Below, piece by piece: positions 37,597 through 46,839 of a stretch of DNA of 64,000 nt. The stretch covers positions 10,698 through 74,697 of the forward strand of contig CAZNZA010000009.1 of NCBI GenBank assembly GCA_964577325.1, given 5' to 3'. The notes beneath the pieces are model-generated. The model was not told the origin of the DNA, did not search any database, and saw only the letters and a list, made by a program, of their open reading frames with translations. The first letter of the stretch is position 1. Every line of letters begins with the position of its first letter. Origin of the DNA: an uncultured Polyangiaceae bacterium (GTDB lineage Bacteria; Myxococcota_A; Polyangia; Polyangiales; Polyangiaceae). The translations under genes and the position numbers were made by a program.

Positions 37597-37747
37597 CTTC
37601 AAGCGGAGCTGTCGTCCCTGCAACGTGGCGGCGATAGGGGTCCAGTGGTAGGGTGTAGGCGTTTGCTTCGTCGCGTGCCGCTGGTGTCGACTTCACCCGC
37701 GGGAGCGACTATACCCAACGGGAAGTGAGCGGAGCCAAGGAAAGCTA

Positions 37748-39694
37748 GTGCAAGACCGCGAATGGTCCTGGGTAAGTGAAGACGGCATCGAGTACCAGGG
37801 GGGCCTGCACCAACTCACGAGCGAGCTGTCTGCCGAACGCCTCCCCGCCTATACCCTGGTGTCCCGGATGGACTGGCACGACTGGTTGCCCGCGATGCAA
37901 GTCGCGGAGCTGCAGGGGGCTTTGCCCCGCTGGCTCGTCGATGCGCCACGGCAGCCGACGACGCGGGCGGCTGGACCGAAGCTTCCTCCACCCCTCAGTC
38001 AGTACCCTCTCCTGCGCGGCAGAGTTTTAGAACTCCAACGCTTAGCAGCCGCTCCCGCCACGGCGACGTCCTCCCATCCCCCGGACAGTATTTCGGCATT
38101 TGCCTTCCGAGGGCAGGACTATATCGACGACGATTTCGATGAACCCACGGTGCAGATCGACGCCGAACAACTAGAGCGAGCGCTGAGTGAGTCACGAGTT
38201 GCCGACGGTACATCGACTCCCCCCGGGGCTTCGTCCCCTCCGTCTTCGCCGCCGCCGCGGCCATCGCAGGAAAATCCCATCCTGCACCGCATGCCTACGT
38301 TTCCTGGCTACGCGCCGCAGACTCCCGCGTCGGGTTCGCCGTCGGGTCGGCCTCTGAGCAACGCCGGTCATTTCGGCGCGAGCACGCAACCCGAGCGTCG
38401 TTTGCCTTTTCCTTCCCACCCAGAGGCGTCCATCCCCTCCTCCCCGCCTCTGCCGACAGCCCCATCCTCATTGTTGTTCCAACCAGACGCTCAAGCGTTT
38501 GGCGGGCACGAACCAACTCTTGCTTCTCGCGTCGATTCACGTCCCCCACCTGCTGCCGTCGAGCCGGCCTTTCGCGGGCCGAGCAAGGTACCACTGCTCA
38601 TTGCTCTCGCCGCCGGAGCGGGACTCGGTGCGGCGTGGTTGTTGGCGCCGGTACGCAGCGACTCGCCTGCCCCGACCGTACCCACCTCGACGGCCGTCGC
38701 CGTTCCGTCTCCTGCGTCGACCCAAAACGTTCAACCGCTAACCTGCCGCGTGAACCAATATGGGCAAGTGTCGGATTTCGCGCACGTTCAGGTGCCGGTT
38801 CAGACGCGGGCGTTCAAGCCCCAGCAACTGGCGGTTGGTTTCGGGCAAACAAGTCGTCTAGCGGTAGGAATGGTCGTCGATCCCGCTACGCTCAGCCTGC
38901 AACGGGTGTTTACCGAAAGCCAAAGCAGCCCCTTGTGGAGCGTCGTGCCGGTCCTCGACGGCGACCTCTCGTTCCGCACTAATCGGGCAGCGTCCACCTT
39001 ACGTAGCACGACGACGATTCCTACTCGCCCACCTCTCGCTCTTGGCTTGAGCCGTGAGGGATTGGCCGTCCGTGGCCCGTCGGATGTCATCGACCGTGTT
39101 CTTTGGAGCACGACGTGGGACACCATAACGGTCCCGGACGTGTGGCCACTGAGTGAGCAGACGTTCGCTCTGGTGCTGCGCGCAGGAGGTGAGCGAGGAC
39201 AGGTATTGGTAGGCGAAGTCTCGGCTGAGGGTTCACCGCGCGGCGAACTCGTGGCGATTGCAGGCCTAGAAGGCCGGCTCGACAATCCGGCGCTAGCGGT
39301 ATCCAAGGATCGAGTATTCGTAACGGTGGCCGTCGGCGCGGGGGCACAGAAGACGCGTTTGCACATCGCCACCAGTCGCCGTCCGCAACTGCCCACCACG
39401 GCCCACCAGGTGCTCGAGGTGGACGCTGGACTATCGAGCGCGCGCTTGACCGACCTGTCAGAACACAGACTACTGCTCCAATACACCGAAGGCGCAACCG
39501 GTCACCAACGGGTCATGGGCCGTGTACTCGACGAGCAGCTTCGGCCGCTGTCCGAAGCTTTCGCTATCTCACCTGACGGGCGTGATGCTTACGACGGAAC
39601 CATCGTCAACCACTACGATACACCGTTGAGCCTCTTTTTCGTGCGGCACGAGCAGGGCCACGAATTGTGGCTGTCTCGCTTGAACTGCGAATGA
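37748..39694 (+). CDS. Hypothetical protein: N-terminal GYF_2-like domain, Pro/Ser-rich linker, TM, C-terminal beta-rich domain
   Basis: 648-aa ORF with a GTG start. EWSWVSEDGIEYQGGLHQLTSELSAERLPAYTLVSRMDWHDWLPAMQVAEL resembles GYF_2/DUF4339. Pro-rich aa 160-270. TM segment VPLLIALAAGAGLGAAWLLA. Confidence 0.45.
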   Translation: MQDREWSWVSEDGIEYQGGLHQLTSELSAERLPAYTLVSRMDWHDWLPAMQVAELQGALPRWLVDAPRQPTTRAAGPKLPPPLSQYPLLRGRVLELQRLAAAPATATSSHPPDSISAFAFRGQDYIDDDFDEPTVQIDAEQLERALSESRVADGTSTPPGASSPPSSPPPRPSQENPILHRMPTFPGYAPQTPASGSPSGRPLSNAGHFGASTQPERRLPFPSHPEASIPSSPPLPTAPSSLLFQPDAQAFGGHEPTLASRVDSRPPPAAVEPAFRGPSKVPLLIALAAGAGLGAAWLLAPVRSDSPAPTVPTSTAVAVPSPASTQNVQPLTCRVNQYGQVSDFAHVQVPVQTRAFKPQQLAVGFGQTSRLAVGMVVDPATLSLQRVFTESQSSPLWSVVPVLDGDLSFRTNRAASTLRSTTTIPTRPPLALGLSREGLAVRGPSDVIDRVLWSTTWDTITVPDVWPLSEQTFALVLRAGGERGQVLVGEVSAEGSPRGELVAIAGLEGRLDNPALAVSKDRVFVTVAVGAGAQKTRLHIATSRRPQLPTTAHQVLEVDAGLSSARLTDLSEHRLLLQYTEGATGHQRVMGRVLDEQLRPLSEAFAISPDGRDAYDGTIVNHYDTPLSLFFVRHEQGHELWLSRLNCE

Positions 39695-39711
39695 CAGTCA
39701 CGGCGAAAGCA

Positions 39712-41175
39712 TTACAAGATTGGCGCCGGCGTGTAGTTCACCGCGCTGGGATAGCGCTGCACGAGCTGTTGAACCTGGCCAACGAAGGCTTCTACTTGAA
39801 CCTGCGCAGTACCGATGAAATCGCGGGGGTCGGACAGCAAAGCGCCCAAAGCTTGGGCGTCGACGGGCACACGCGGGTCAGCGCCCAGCCGCGCGACGAG
39901 ATCATTATCAGTGGCGGCCCGCTCTCGCATCTCCAGCGCTACGGCAACCGCATGTTCTTTGATGATCTCATGCGCTTGTTCGCGGCCCAATCCCGCACGC
40001 ACACAAGCCATGAGTACCTTCGTCGTTGCCAAGAACGGCAAGTACCGACCAAGTTCCTTGTTCACTACCGCAGGATAGGCGCCAAATTCTGAAAGAATCG
40101 CAAACCACGCCTGTAGCAGGCCATCTAGTGCAAAAAACGCGTCCGGCAGAGCTACACGCCGCACTACGGAGCAACTTACGTCACCTTCGTTCCACTGATC
40201 GCCCAACAGCGCCGATAGCATGGTGACGTGGCCGCTCAGTATTGCAACGAACCCACTCATGCGCTCGCACGAGCGAGCGTTCATCTTATGCGGCATTGCC
40301 GACGATCCCACCTGACCCTTCTTGAAGCCTTCGGTAGCCAGCTCTTGCCCGGCCATCAGGCGAATCGTCTTTGCCAAATTGGCCGGCCCGGATGCGAGCT
40401 GCAGCAGGCAGGAAACGACTTCGAAATCGAGGGAACGCGGGTAGACTTGACCCACGTTGGTCAAACTGTGGGCGAAGCCCAAGTGCCGGGCGACCGAGTC
40501 CTCGAGCTGCTCGAGGCGCTCTTGAGAGCCGAGCAAGTCCAGCTGATCTTGTTGCGTTCCCACGGGTCCCTTCAGCCCTCGGAGCGGATACCTGGCCAAC
40601 AAGTCCTCGAGCCGTCCGAATGCGCACAACAACTCTTGGCCGGCGTTTGCGAAACGTTTGCCTAGTGTCGTTGCCTGCGCCGGCACGTTGTGACTGCGTC
40701 CGGTGAGCACCAGGCTCTCGAACTCCTGAGCCCGAGCCGCCATGCGATCCAGAGCCTTGACGCACCTGTCGCGCAGCAATACGAGCGAGGAGCGAATCTG
40801 CATCTGCTCTACGTTCTCCGTCAGATCCCGGGACGTCATGCCTTTGTGGATCTGCTCGTGACCGGCCAGTGCGCAAAACTCTTCGATGCGCGCCTTCACG
40901 TCGTGACGCAGCGCCATCTCGCGCTGGTTAATGGACGATAAGTCCACGTCATTTACCACGCGCTCATAAGCCGAAATGGCTGCCGCCGGGATGTCCAAGC
41001 CCAGTTCTTGTTGCGCTTTCAGGACTGCCAGCCACAACTGTCGCTCCAAGACGACCTTGCGCACCGGAGACCAGAGTTCGACCATCTCGCGGCTTGCGTA
41101 GCGGGCCGCCAAAACGTTGGGGATCTCACCAGACATGCGCGCGGCTTTAGTCGCAACGCGCGCAAATTTCCACAT
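39712..41175 (-). CDS. purB: Adenylosuccinate lyase
   Basis: 487 aa. Fumarate-lyase superfamily signature GQVGSSAMPHKMNARSCE. N-terminal YASREMVELWSP pattern of PurB. Confidence 0.9.
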   Translation of the reverse strand: MWKFARVATKAARMSGEIPNVLAARYASREMVELWSPVRKVVLERQLWLAVLKAQQELGLDIPAAAISAYERVVNDVDLSSINQREMALRHDVKARIEEFCALAGHEQIHKGMTSRDLTENVEQMQIRSSLVLLRDRCVKALDRMAARAQEFESLVLTGRSHNVPAQATTLGKRFANAGQELLCAFGRLEDLLARYPLRGLKGPVGTQQDQLDLLGSQERLEQLEDSVARHLGFAHSLTNVGQVYPRSLDFEVVSCLLQLASGPANLAKTIRLMAGQELATEGFKKGQVGSSAMPHKMNARSCERMSGFVAILSGHVTMLSALLGDQWNEGDVSCSVVRRVALPDAFFALDGLLQAWFAILSEFGAYPAVVNKELGRYLPFLATTKVLMACVRAGLGREQAHEIIKEHAVAVALEMRERAATDNDLVARLGADPRVPVDAQALGALLSDPRDFIGTAQVQVEAFVGQVQQLVQRYPSAVNYTPAPIL

Positions 41176-41720
41176 CAGGTGCCAGGCTCTAGGGTGAAAT
41201 CCAAGTTTTCCTCATCGCACAACGCGGCCAGGGATGCACGCAGCCCGGTCAAGGCCAAGCGTGAGGGGATTTCCAGGTCAGCGCGCAACTGAAACAACGG
41301 CGTACCGCTATGCGGGGCATAACTCAGTGACGAATCGAGCGCCGCCACGTTGACCTGTTTGCTCGTCAACACCGCGCTCACGCGGGCCACGATCCCGCTG
41401 CGATCCACACCAGCCACTCGCAGACGGTAAGGCAAAAAGTCACCTTTCTGCCGCTGCGCCGTGGTGGGTCGCAGGCTCATCGTCAAGCCCAGTTCCTGGG
41501 CTAGGCCGTGGTGAGACTCTTTTACCGCCTGGACGACGGATGCCTGACCGCTGAACAGCAGAATGAGGGCAAACTCGCCGCCGAGAATCGCCATACGGCT
41601 ATCCTCCAAATTGCCGCCAGCCAGATGAATCAAAGAGGCTACGCGCTCCACCAGGCCCGGACGATCGGCACCGATCGCGGTCAGCACCATGTACTTCTTC
41701 TCCACGTTCTCCACGCTCAT
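41175..41720 (-). CDS. Tandem ACT-domain protein (glycine cleavage system regulator GcvR-like)
   Basis: This is the C-terminal 181 aa of the 546-aa ORF. MSVENVEKKYMVLTAIGADRPGLVERVASLIHLAGGNLEDSRMAILGGEFALILLF and LRVAGVDRSGIVARVSAVLTSKQVNVAALDS form two ACT folds. Its stop overlaps the purB ATG (TGATG). Confidence 0.7.
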   Translation of the reverse strand: MSVENVEKKYMVLTAIGADRPGLVERVASLIHLAGGNLEDSRMAILGGEFALILLFSGQASVVQAVKESHHGLAQELGLTMSLRPTTAQRQKGDFLPYRLRVAGVDRSGIVARVSAVLTSKQVNVAALDSSLSYAPHSGTPLFQLRADLEIPSRLALTGLRASLAALCDEENLDFTLEPGT

Positions 41721-41903
41721 GCCATTGCTCACTTTCCGTCTACGGGAGCGCACGGGGTGGCCCTTCGGCGCCCGACCCTGCTCGGTGCCAGCCCGCACTA
41801 GCCCCGCTTGTACCACGGATCCACCGATCGCACCCAGGCACCAGGTCAGCGGCGGCAAACAAACTCCCTCACTCCGCCGTGGGTTAGGTATGCTCGGAGC
41901 GTG

Positions 41904-43091
41904 ATGAACCGCCCTTTGACCTGTGCGCTCGCCGGCCTCTTGCTCGCCGGGTGCGCCACTGCGGAACCGACCAACACGTCTCGCGCACCGGCGCGTCAAA
42001 AGCCCCAGGTTGCCGCTGAGAAGCCGCCGATTGCAGCAAAGCAGCTGGATACGTTGCCTGCCCCGAGCCCTACGGTCGTGGTGCCCACGTCGCCCGTTAC
42101 CCCGCCCTCCGACGGCTACCGCACCGAGGACGAACGCAACTCCATCGACGTGTTCCGCAAGAGCGCTCCGTCCACGGTGTTCGTCACCCAAAAACGAGTC
42201 GTCGTCGATTACTGGGCGGGAACGGAGAGTGAAGTGGCGGCAGGCTCGGGTTCCGGTTTCGTCTGGGATACCGGCGGGCACATCGTCACGAACTTCCACG
42301 TCATCCGAGGAGCGCAGTTGCTTTCGGTCACTTTGCACGATCACCGCTCCTTCGAAGCGACGGTCGTGGGTACCGATCCTCGCAAGGACATTGCTGTGCT
42401 CCGTCTCGTCGATGCGCCCACAGATCTGCAGCCCATCCCGGTAAGAGAACGGGCAGCCCGTCTCGAGGTTGGTCAAAAGACCATCGCGATAGGCAACCCC
42501 TTTGGTCTGGATCAAACGCTGACCACCGGCATCATCAGCGCCCTCGGACGCCAGGTTCAAGGGATCGGGGGCGTGACGATCCGCGACATGGTCCAGACCG
42601 ATGCCGCCATCAATCCTGGCAACTCCGGCGGGCCGCTGCTCGACTCGTCTGGCTACTTGATCGGGATGAACACCATGATCTTCTCGCGCAGTGGTGCCTC
42701 GGCCGGGATTGGGTTTGCTGTGCCCGTGCACTCCATCAAGCGTGTCGTTCCTCAGATCATCGAAACAGGCAAGCCTACGCAGGTAGGCCTGGGGGTACGT
42801 ATCGACCCCGCTCAACGCCTGGAACAGCGGCTAGGATTGAAAGGAGTCCTCGTGCTGGACGTGATCCCTAACACCCCCGCCGCTCGGGCTGGCCTCGTCG
42901 GCTTGCAGCGGACCCCTCAGGGTTTACGGCTGGGGCACGTGATCGTAGGCATCAATGACGACAAGATCGCCGACTATGACGACCTATACAACACGCTGGA
43001 CCGGCACAAACCGGGAGACCGCGTCACCGTCCACGTCGAAGCTTCGGGTCAAGTTCAACAAGTCGAACTGGCGCTCGTAGAAATACCTTGA
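41904..43091 (+). CDS. HtrA/DegP-family serine protease (trypsin-like + PDZ), probable lipoprotein
   Basis: MNRPLTCALAGLLLAGCAT lipobox. Catalytic His (VTNFHVI), Asp (DIAVLR), Ser (GNSGGPLLD). C-terminal PDZ (GLKGVLVLDVIPNTPAARAGL). Confidence 0.85.
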   Translation: MNRPLTCALAGLLLAGCATAEPTNTSRAPARQKPQVAAEKPPIAAKQLDTLPAPSPTVVVPTSPVTPPSDGYRTEDERNSIDVFRKSAPSTVFVTQKRVVVDYWAGTESEVAAGSGSGFVWDTGGHIVTNFHVIRGAQLLSVTLHDHRSFEATVVGTDPRKDIAVLRLVDAPTDLQPIPVRERAARLEVGQKTIAIGNPFGLDQTLTTGIISALGRQVQGIGGVTIRDMVQTDAAINPGNSGGPLLDSSGYLIGMNTMIFSRSGASAGIGFAVPVHSIKRVVPQIIETGKPTQVGLGVRIDPAQRLEQRLGLKGVLVLDVIPNTPAARAGLVGLQRTPQGLRLGHVIVGINDDKIADYDDLYNTLDRHKPGDRVTVHVEASGQVQQVELALVEIP

Positions 43092-43094
43092 AAG

Positions 43095-43562
43095 TCAAGC
43101 GCTGCGCTGCCGTTCACGCCGTGCCAGCAGCCATACCTGCAGCTCACTTTGATACGCGCTCTTGCTCAGGACTGGCACGTCGTCGAGGCCTACTTGGTTC
43201 AAAGCAGCCCGCGCCCGGGTAGGCGCGCCCGTCAAGATGAGAGCCAGGGTGGTCAACCCGGCGCCTCGGAAGCGCTTCAGGGCCGATGCGCCATTCTCCC
43301 CCGCCTGCAGGTCGAAGTCGCTGATGACCGCGAGTGGAGGCGGCATGCTCCTGAGCCAGCACTCCGCTTGGTAAACGGTCCGAGCAGAGCGGGTCTCTAC
43401 CTGAACGAACCGTTTCAACCAGCGAGAGAGGCCGCGGCTAGTCGTGGGGTCGTCTTCGAGCAATAGCACCCACTCGAGGTCGGCTTGCTGCTTTCTCGAG
43501 TCCAGGCACATCGGGCTCAGTTTTGGAGCTCGATGGCCCAGGAGTGGGTTCAAGGGCTGCAT
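43095..43562 (-). CDS. Orphan receiver-domain protein
   Basis: VLLLEDDPTTSRGL, VISDFDLQAGENGASAL, LILTGA, SKS give a receiver-like pattern. The N-terminal start is uncertain (alternative ATG at 43511). Confidence 0.6.
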   Translation of the reverse strand: MQPLNPLLGHRAPKLSPMCLDSRKQQADLEWVLLLEDDPTTSRGLSRWLKRFVQVETRSARTVYQAECWLRSMPPPLAVISDFDLQAGENGASALKRFRGAGLTTLALILTGAPTRARAALNQVGLDDVPVLSKSAYQSELQVWLLARRERQRSA

Positions 43563-43800
43563 GACGCCATACCTACAGCAATAGCCGTGCCGTTCTCACC
43601 TGAACGGGTAGACCCTGGAAATATGCTCCCAAGGCCCTCAGGTGCGAGCGACGGACGTCAGCTTCCTGACGGCGTTGGTGTCAAAGCGTTGACGACTCCG
43701 CTGGGAACTGAAGCGCGGCGTCGCAGATTCGGCTGGATCAGCGTGCCTGGGTTCGCGCGTGCTCACCAGCGTGGCCAAATGTGTTCAGGTCAACGGCTGT

Positions 43801-44703
43801 TCAAGCTGAACAGGTGAGGAGCGCCCATCCCTGTCGTTCATCGCTCACGGCGAGCGGCACCCCCAGGTGTGCATATACCCGCTGGAGTGCCCCTACCTGC
43901 TCCATCAACACACCTGTGAGCGCCAGTCTACCCCCAGGTGACACCAGACGCTCACACACGTCGGGCGCGAGCACCGTCAATGTAGCTGCGTCCACGTTGG
44001 CGACGACGACTTCAAACTTCTCCTCGAGCTGAGCCAGCGGTGTCATCGAGAAATGGCAAAGGTCCTGCCAGCCGTTGCGCCGCGCATTGCGGCGCGCTGC
44101 TCGCACGCTCTGCGCATCGATGTCGACGCCGTGTACCGACCGGGCGCCGCAATGTGCCGCAACTAGCGCCAGCACTCCGGTCCCGGTCCCAATGTCGAGC
44201 AGCGTCGTACCGGCAACCGCGGACGCTAACCAGCGGCTAGCCATCTGCGTCGTCGGATGTTCGCCGAATCCGAAGACCAAGCCCTTTTCGACGAGCATGG
44301 CGGTCTCACCTGGACTGGGCTCGTAGGAAGCGCCCTCCGGCACCAGAACCAATCCCGGGATGAGCTCGACGGCAACGAGCCCCTCTGACCACTTCGTTTC
44401 CCAGTCATTGGTGACCGGATCGACATCAATCGTAGGCTCACCGCGCTGGCTGAACTCTGAAGAAAATCGTGCGACGAGGGAGCGATAGGTAGCCGTCAGG
44501 CGTTCCACTTCGCCGGCTTCGACGTAAAGTCGAATCCGACACAGGCCATCCGCTGCGCGCGCTGGGGCGACATCCAATGCCACGGCTCCCGCGGCCAGCA
44601 TGGCGTCGCCGATGCTATCGGCGGCGTGGGCCGAAACCTCAGCTTCTAGCTTGTAAAGCACGCCATCAACTCCTCTAGCGCGCCTCGAAAAGCAAGCGAC
44701 CAA
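43801..44703 (-). CDS. prmA: Ribosomal protein L11 methyltransferase
   Basis: VFGFGEHPTTQMASRWL, LLDIGTGTGVLALVAA, HGVDID, VVANV motifs. A possible GTG start at 44661 would remove the 29-nt overlap with crcB. Confidence 0.8.
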   Translation of the reverse strand: MVACFSRRARGVDGVLYKLEAEVSAHAADSIGDAMLAAGAVALDVAPARAADGLCRIRLYVEAGEVERLTATYRSLVARFSSEFSQRGEPTIDVDPVTNDWETKWSEGLVAVELIPGLVLVPEGASYEPSPGETAMLVEKGLVFGFGEHPTTQMASRWLASAVAGTTLLDIGTGTGVLALVAAHCGARSVHGVDIDAQSVRAARRNARRNGWQDLCHFSMTPLAQLEEKFEVVVANVDAATLTVLAPDVCERLVSPGGRLALTGVLMEQVGALQRVYAHLGVPLAVSDERQGWALLTCSA

Positions 44704-45082
44704 GGGTGAGCCCTAGAGCTATCGCCCCAGCTCCAAGCGCAACGTGTACGCTCACGTGCACCACTGCCATGCTCAGCCGTCCGTTCGACGCCCCTTCCGT
44801 CGCCTCGAACATGAGCGTCGAAAAGGTCGTAAAAGCGCCCATCACCCCTGAAGTCAGGAACAATCTCCACTCGGACCCATGAGTGATATGCGCTGTCCAA
44901 ACCCATGCCAGACCGAACGCAAGAGAACCTAATAGGTTAACAATCGTGGTCCCGACGGGGTAGTTGCTCCCCCCCTGTCTTTGCCAGATCTCTTCAGCCC
45001 ACACTGAAAGCGCGTAGCGCGCAACGGTTCCCGCCGCACCACCCGATGCAAGCAACGCCAGTTTCAGCAGGCGGTCGTCCAT
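44675..45082 (-). CDS. crcB: Fluoride ion channel CrcB/FluC
   Basis: 135 aa, 4 TM. GGAAGTVARYAL, GTTIVNLLGSLAFG, GVMGAFTTFSTL are CrcB signatures. Confidence 0.85.
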   Translation of the reverse strand: MDDRLLKLALLASGGAAGTVARYALSVWAEEIWQRQGGSNYPVGTTIVNLLGSLAFGLAWVWTAHITHGSEWRLFLTSGVMGAFTTFSTLMFEATEGASNGRLSMAVVHVSVHVALGAGAIALGLTLGRLLFEAR

Positions 45083-45136
45083 GCGCTTTGGGTTTGCGCG
45101 AGCACCCCTTTCCCTGTCAAGACGAGTATCGAGCCA

Positions 45137-46048
45137 TTACGGTAAGCGTCGCGCTGCCGGACCGTGTTCCAGCTCTTCGATGGTCTTGGGCCAGTCCCCC
45201 TTCAGCAACCGCGATAGACTGCGATCTGCCAGCACCTTGCCTCCAGTTTGGCAGCGGGGACAGTAGTTGAGCTCGTTCGAGACATAGCGGATGCGCTGCA
45301 CGGTCGTTCCGCACACGGGACAGGGCCGCCCGAACTTCCCATGCACGGCCATCTCTGGCCGAAAAGCTGTCACGCCTTTGGGAAAGGTATCACCGGCATC
45401 CGCTCTCAGGCGCTCGGTCCAATCCTCGAGGACTTCTTGAAGCGCGCGGTGCAACTGAATCCACTGTTCGTCGCTCAACGCCTGCGTCCGTGCCACAGGT
45501 GAAAGGCGAGCGCGATGGAGGACTTCATCCGAGTACGCGTTGCCCACCCCACTCAGCAGTCTCGGATCGGTCAAGGCACGCTTCAAGGTTCTATTCTCCT
45601 GCTGGAGGCGCTCCTTGAGGGCAGAGGCCGTCACCTGGAGAGGCTCCAACCCGCCGCGTTCGAATGCTTCCAAAGCAGGCTCGTCGCGCACCAGATGCAA
45701 ACTGGCTCTTTTTTGAGTGCTCGCTTCCGTCAATAGAAGCGTTGCTGACTCGAAGTCGAAAGCGAGCAAGCCGTTGCGCTTGGGGATCGTCTGATTGGGC
45801 GCTCTGAGGTGGAGGCGCCCCGCAATCATGAGATGCATGACGGCGAAGTGGGTAAGCCCAAAGCGCAAGACCAGGCGCTTGCCCAAGCGCCGGACCTCGC
45901 TGAGCGGCAAGCCTTCGAGCTCGTGCGTCGGAACCTCGAAAGAACGCAAAACGAATGGCGAGGCAACGCGCAGGCGCACGAGGCGCTGCCCGCCGAAGAT
46001 GGCCCGGATGCGTTCGACATAAACGGTGATGTCGGGCAGCTCGGGCAT
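45137..46048 (-). CDS. Fpg/Nei-family DNA glycosylase/AP lyase
   Basis: N-terminal MPELPD (catalytic Pro2/Glu3). H2TH motif LTDPRLLSGVGNAYSDEVLHRARLSP. C-terminal zinc finger CPVCGTTV...CPRCQ. Confidence 0.8.
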   Translation of the reverse strand: MPELPDITVYVERIRAIFGGQRLVRLRVASPFVLRSFEVPTHELEGLPLSEVRRLGKRLVLRFGLTHFAVMHLMIAGRLHLRAPNQTIPKRNGLLAFDFESATLLLTEASTQKRASLHLVRDEPALEAFERGGLEPLQVTASALKERLQQENRTLKRALTDPRLLSGVGNAYSDEVLHRARLSPVARTQALSDEQWIQLHRALQEVLEDWTERLRADAGDTFPKGVTAFRPEMAVHGKFGRPCPVCGTTVQRIRYVSNELNYCPRCQTGGKVLADRSLSRLLKGDWPKTIEELEHGPAARRLP

Positions 46049-46058
46049 GTGTCCGCGC

Positions 46059-46727
46059 CTACTTGCTCTTCACACTCTCGATGAGCTTCTCGAACGACGC
46101 TTGATTAGCCGCCACTGTATTGCTGGGCCCCGTCATTTTGAAGAAGTACTTGCCGCTAGGTGCGACCGTTACAGCGCCGAGCATGCCGTAGTTGCGCTTT
46201 GCCGGTGCCGAGCCCCCCATCATCGCCATGCCCGCGTATTCGCCCTTGGGCACATGAATCAGGTGATGGGTCAAGCCATTGGAGTCGCGGCTGGTGCGTT
46301 TGACATCAGCCTCGTTCACCCCGGTGAACTGCTTTGCCCAGCGATTCAGATTCTCGTCGACGCCGCCACCCATGTCGGCACCAAAGTAGAAGACGGTCAC
46401 CTCAGCGGCCTCGGTATCCCCTGCTGCGGGCGGCACCTTGTACTCCGCCGCGCGCATCGGACTCTTCGTCGTCACGCGCTCCCATCCCTCCGGATCCGAC
46501 CACGTGACTCCCAATTCCGCGGCACCCGCATGAGGGTTACGCGCCGCTGCGGCCGAAGGAGTGGGAGTTGGACTTTGCCCCGTCGCTTCGGCGGGAGGCG
46601 TGGGCGTCGGATTGGCCTGCTCGACGACGGGTTCAGGCGACGGAGACCGTTGACAGGCCGCCACAGCGCCCATGCCCACCAGCCAAAGACTCAACCACGA
46701 GGCGCTCACTTGATTCTTCAAACGCAT
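46059..46727 (-). CDS. Hypothetical lipoprotein
   Basis: 222 aa. Leader LWLVGMGAVAAC, Pro/Thr-rich linker, globular C-terminal domain. No family recognised. Confidence 0.5.
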   Translation of the reverse strand: MRLKNQVSASWLSLWLVGMGAVAACQRSPSPEPVVEQANPTPTPPAEATGQSPTPTPSAAAARNPHAGAAELGVTWSDPEGWERVTTKSPMRAAEYKVPPAAGDTEAAEVTVFYFGADMGGGVDENLNRWAKQFTGVNEADVKRTSRDSNGLTHHLIHVPKGEYAGMAMMGGSAPAKRNYGMLGAVTVAPSGKYFFKMTGPSNTVAANQASFEKLIESVKSK

Positions 46728-46839
46728 GACCGCCAGAGAATTGCAGAAGTCCGGCGTGCGTACAGCAAATAAATTGGATCAATTCGGGGTGGCGCGCGAA
46801 GTAGAGCAAAGCGAAAAGAAAGCGTAGAAGCACGAAGCT

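Noticed and set aside
41721-42815. Upstream 365 codons of the 546-aa minus-strand ORF 41175-42815
   Set aside because: It runs antisense to the well-supported HtrA protease gene and has an Arg/Gly/His/Pro-rich composition typical of spurious high-GC antisense frames. Only the C-terminal 181 aa (ACT-ACT protein from ATG 41720) look real.
43650-43815. Hairpins in the intergenic region between the orphan receiver gene and prmA (cgtcag-cttc-ctgacg; ctgttca-agc-tgaacag at the prmA stop)
   Set aside because: The stems are short with no U-tract, and I could see no similarity to known RNA families. This is insufficient to call an ncRNA or terminator.
45083-45136. Fluoride (crcB-motif) riboswitch upstream of crcB
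   Set aside because: The gap to the upstream fpg/nei stop is only 54 nt. Its reverse-complement (…gacagggaaaggggtgctcgcgcaaacccaaagcgc-ATG) shows none of the conserved GGxGAUGG…CCGCC…GAUGAUGCCUAC-type elements I recall. crcB appears to be simply co-transcribed.
46026-46772. 248-aa plus-strand ORF
   Set aside because: It is antisense to the lipoprotein gene 46059-46727, which has a proper lipobox and plausible composition. The plus-strand product is Arg/His/Cys-rich.
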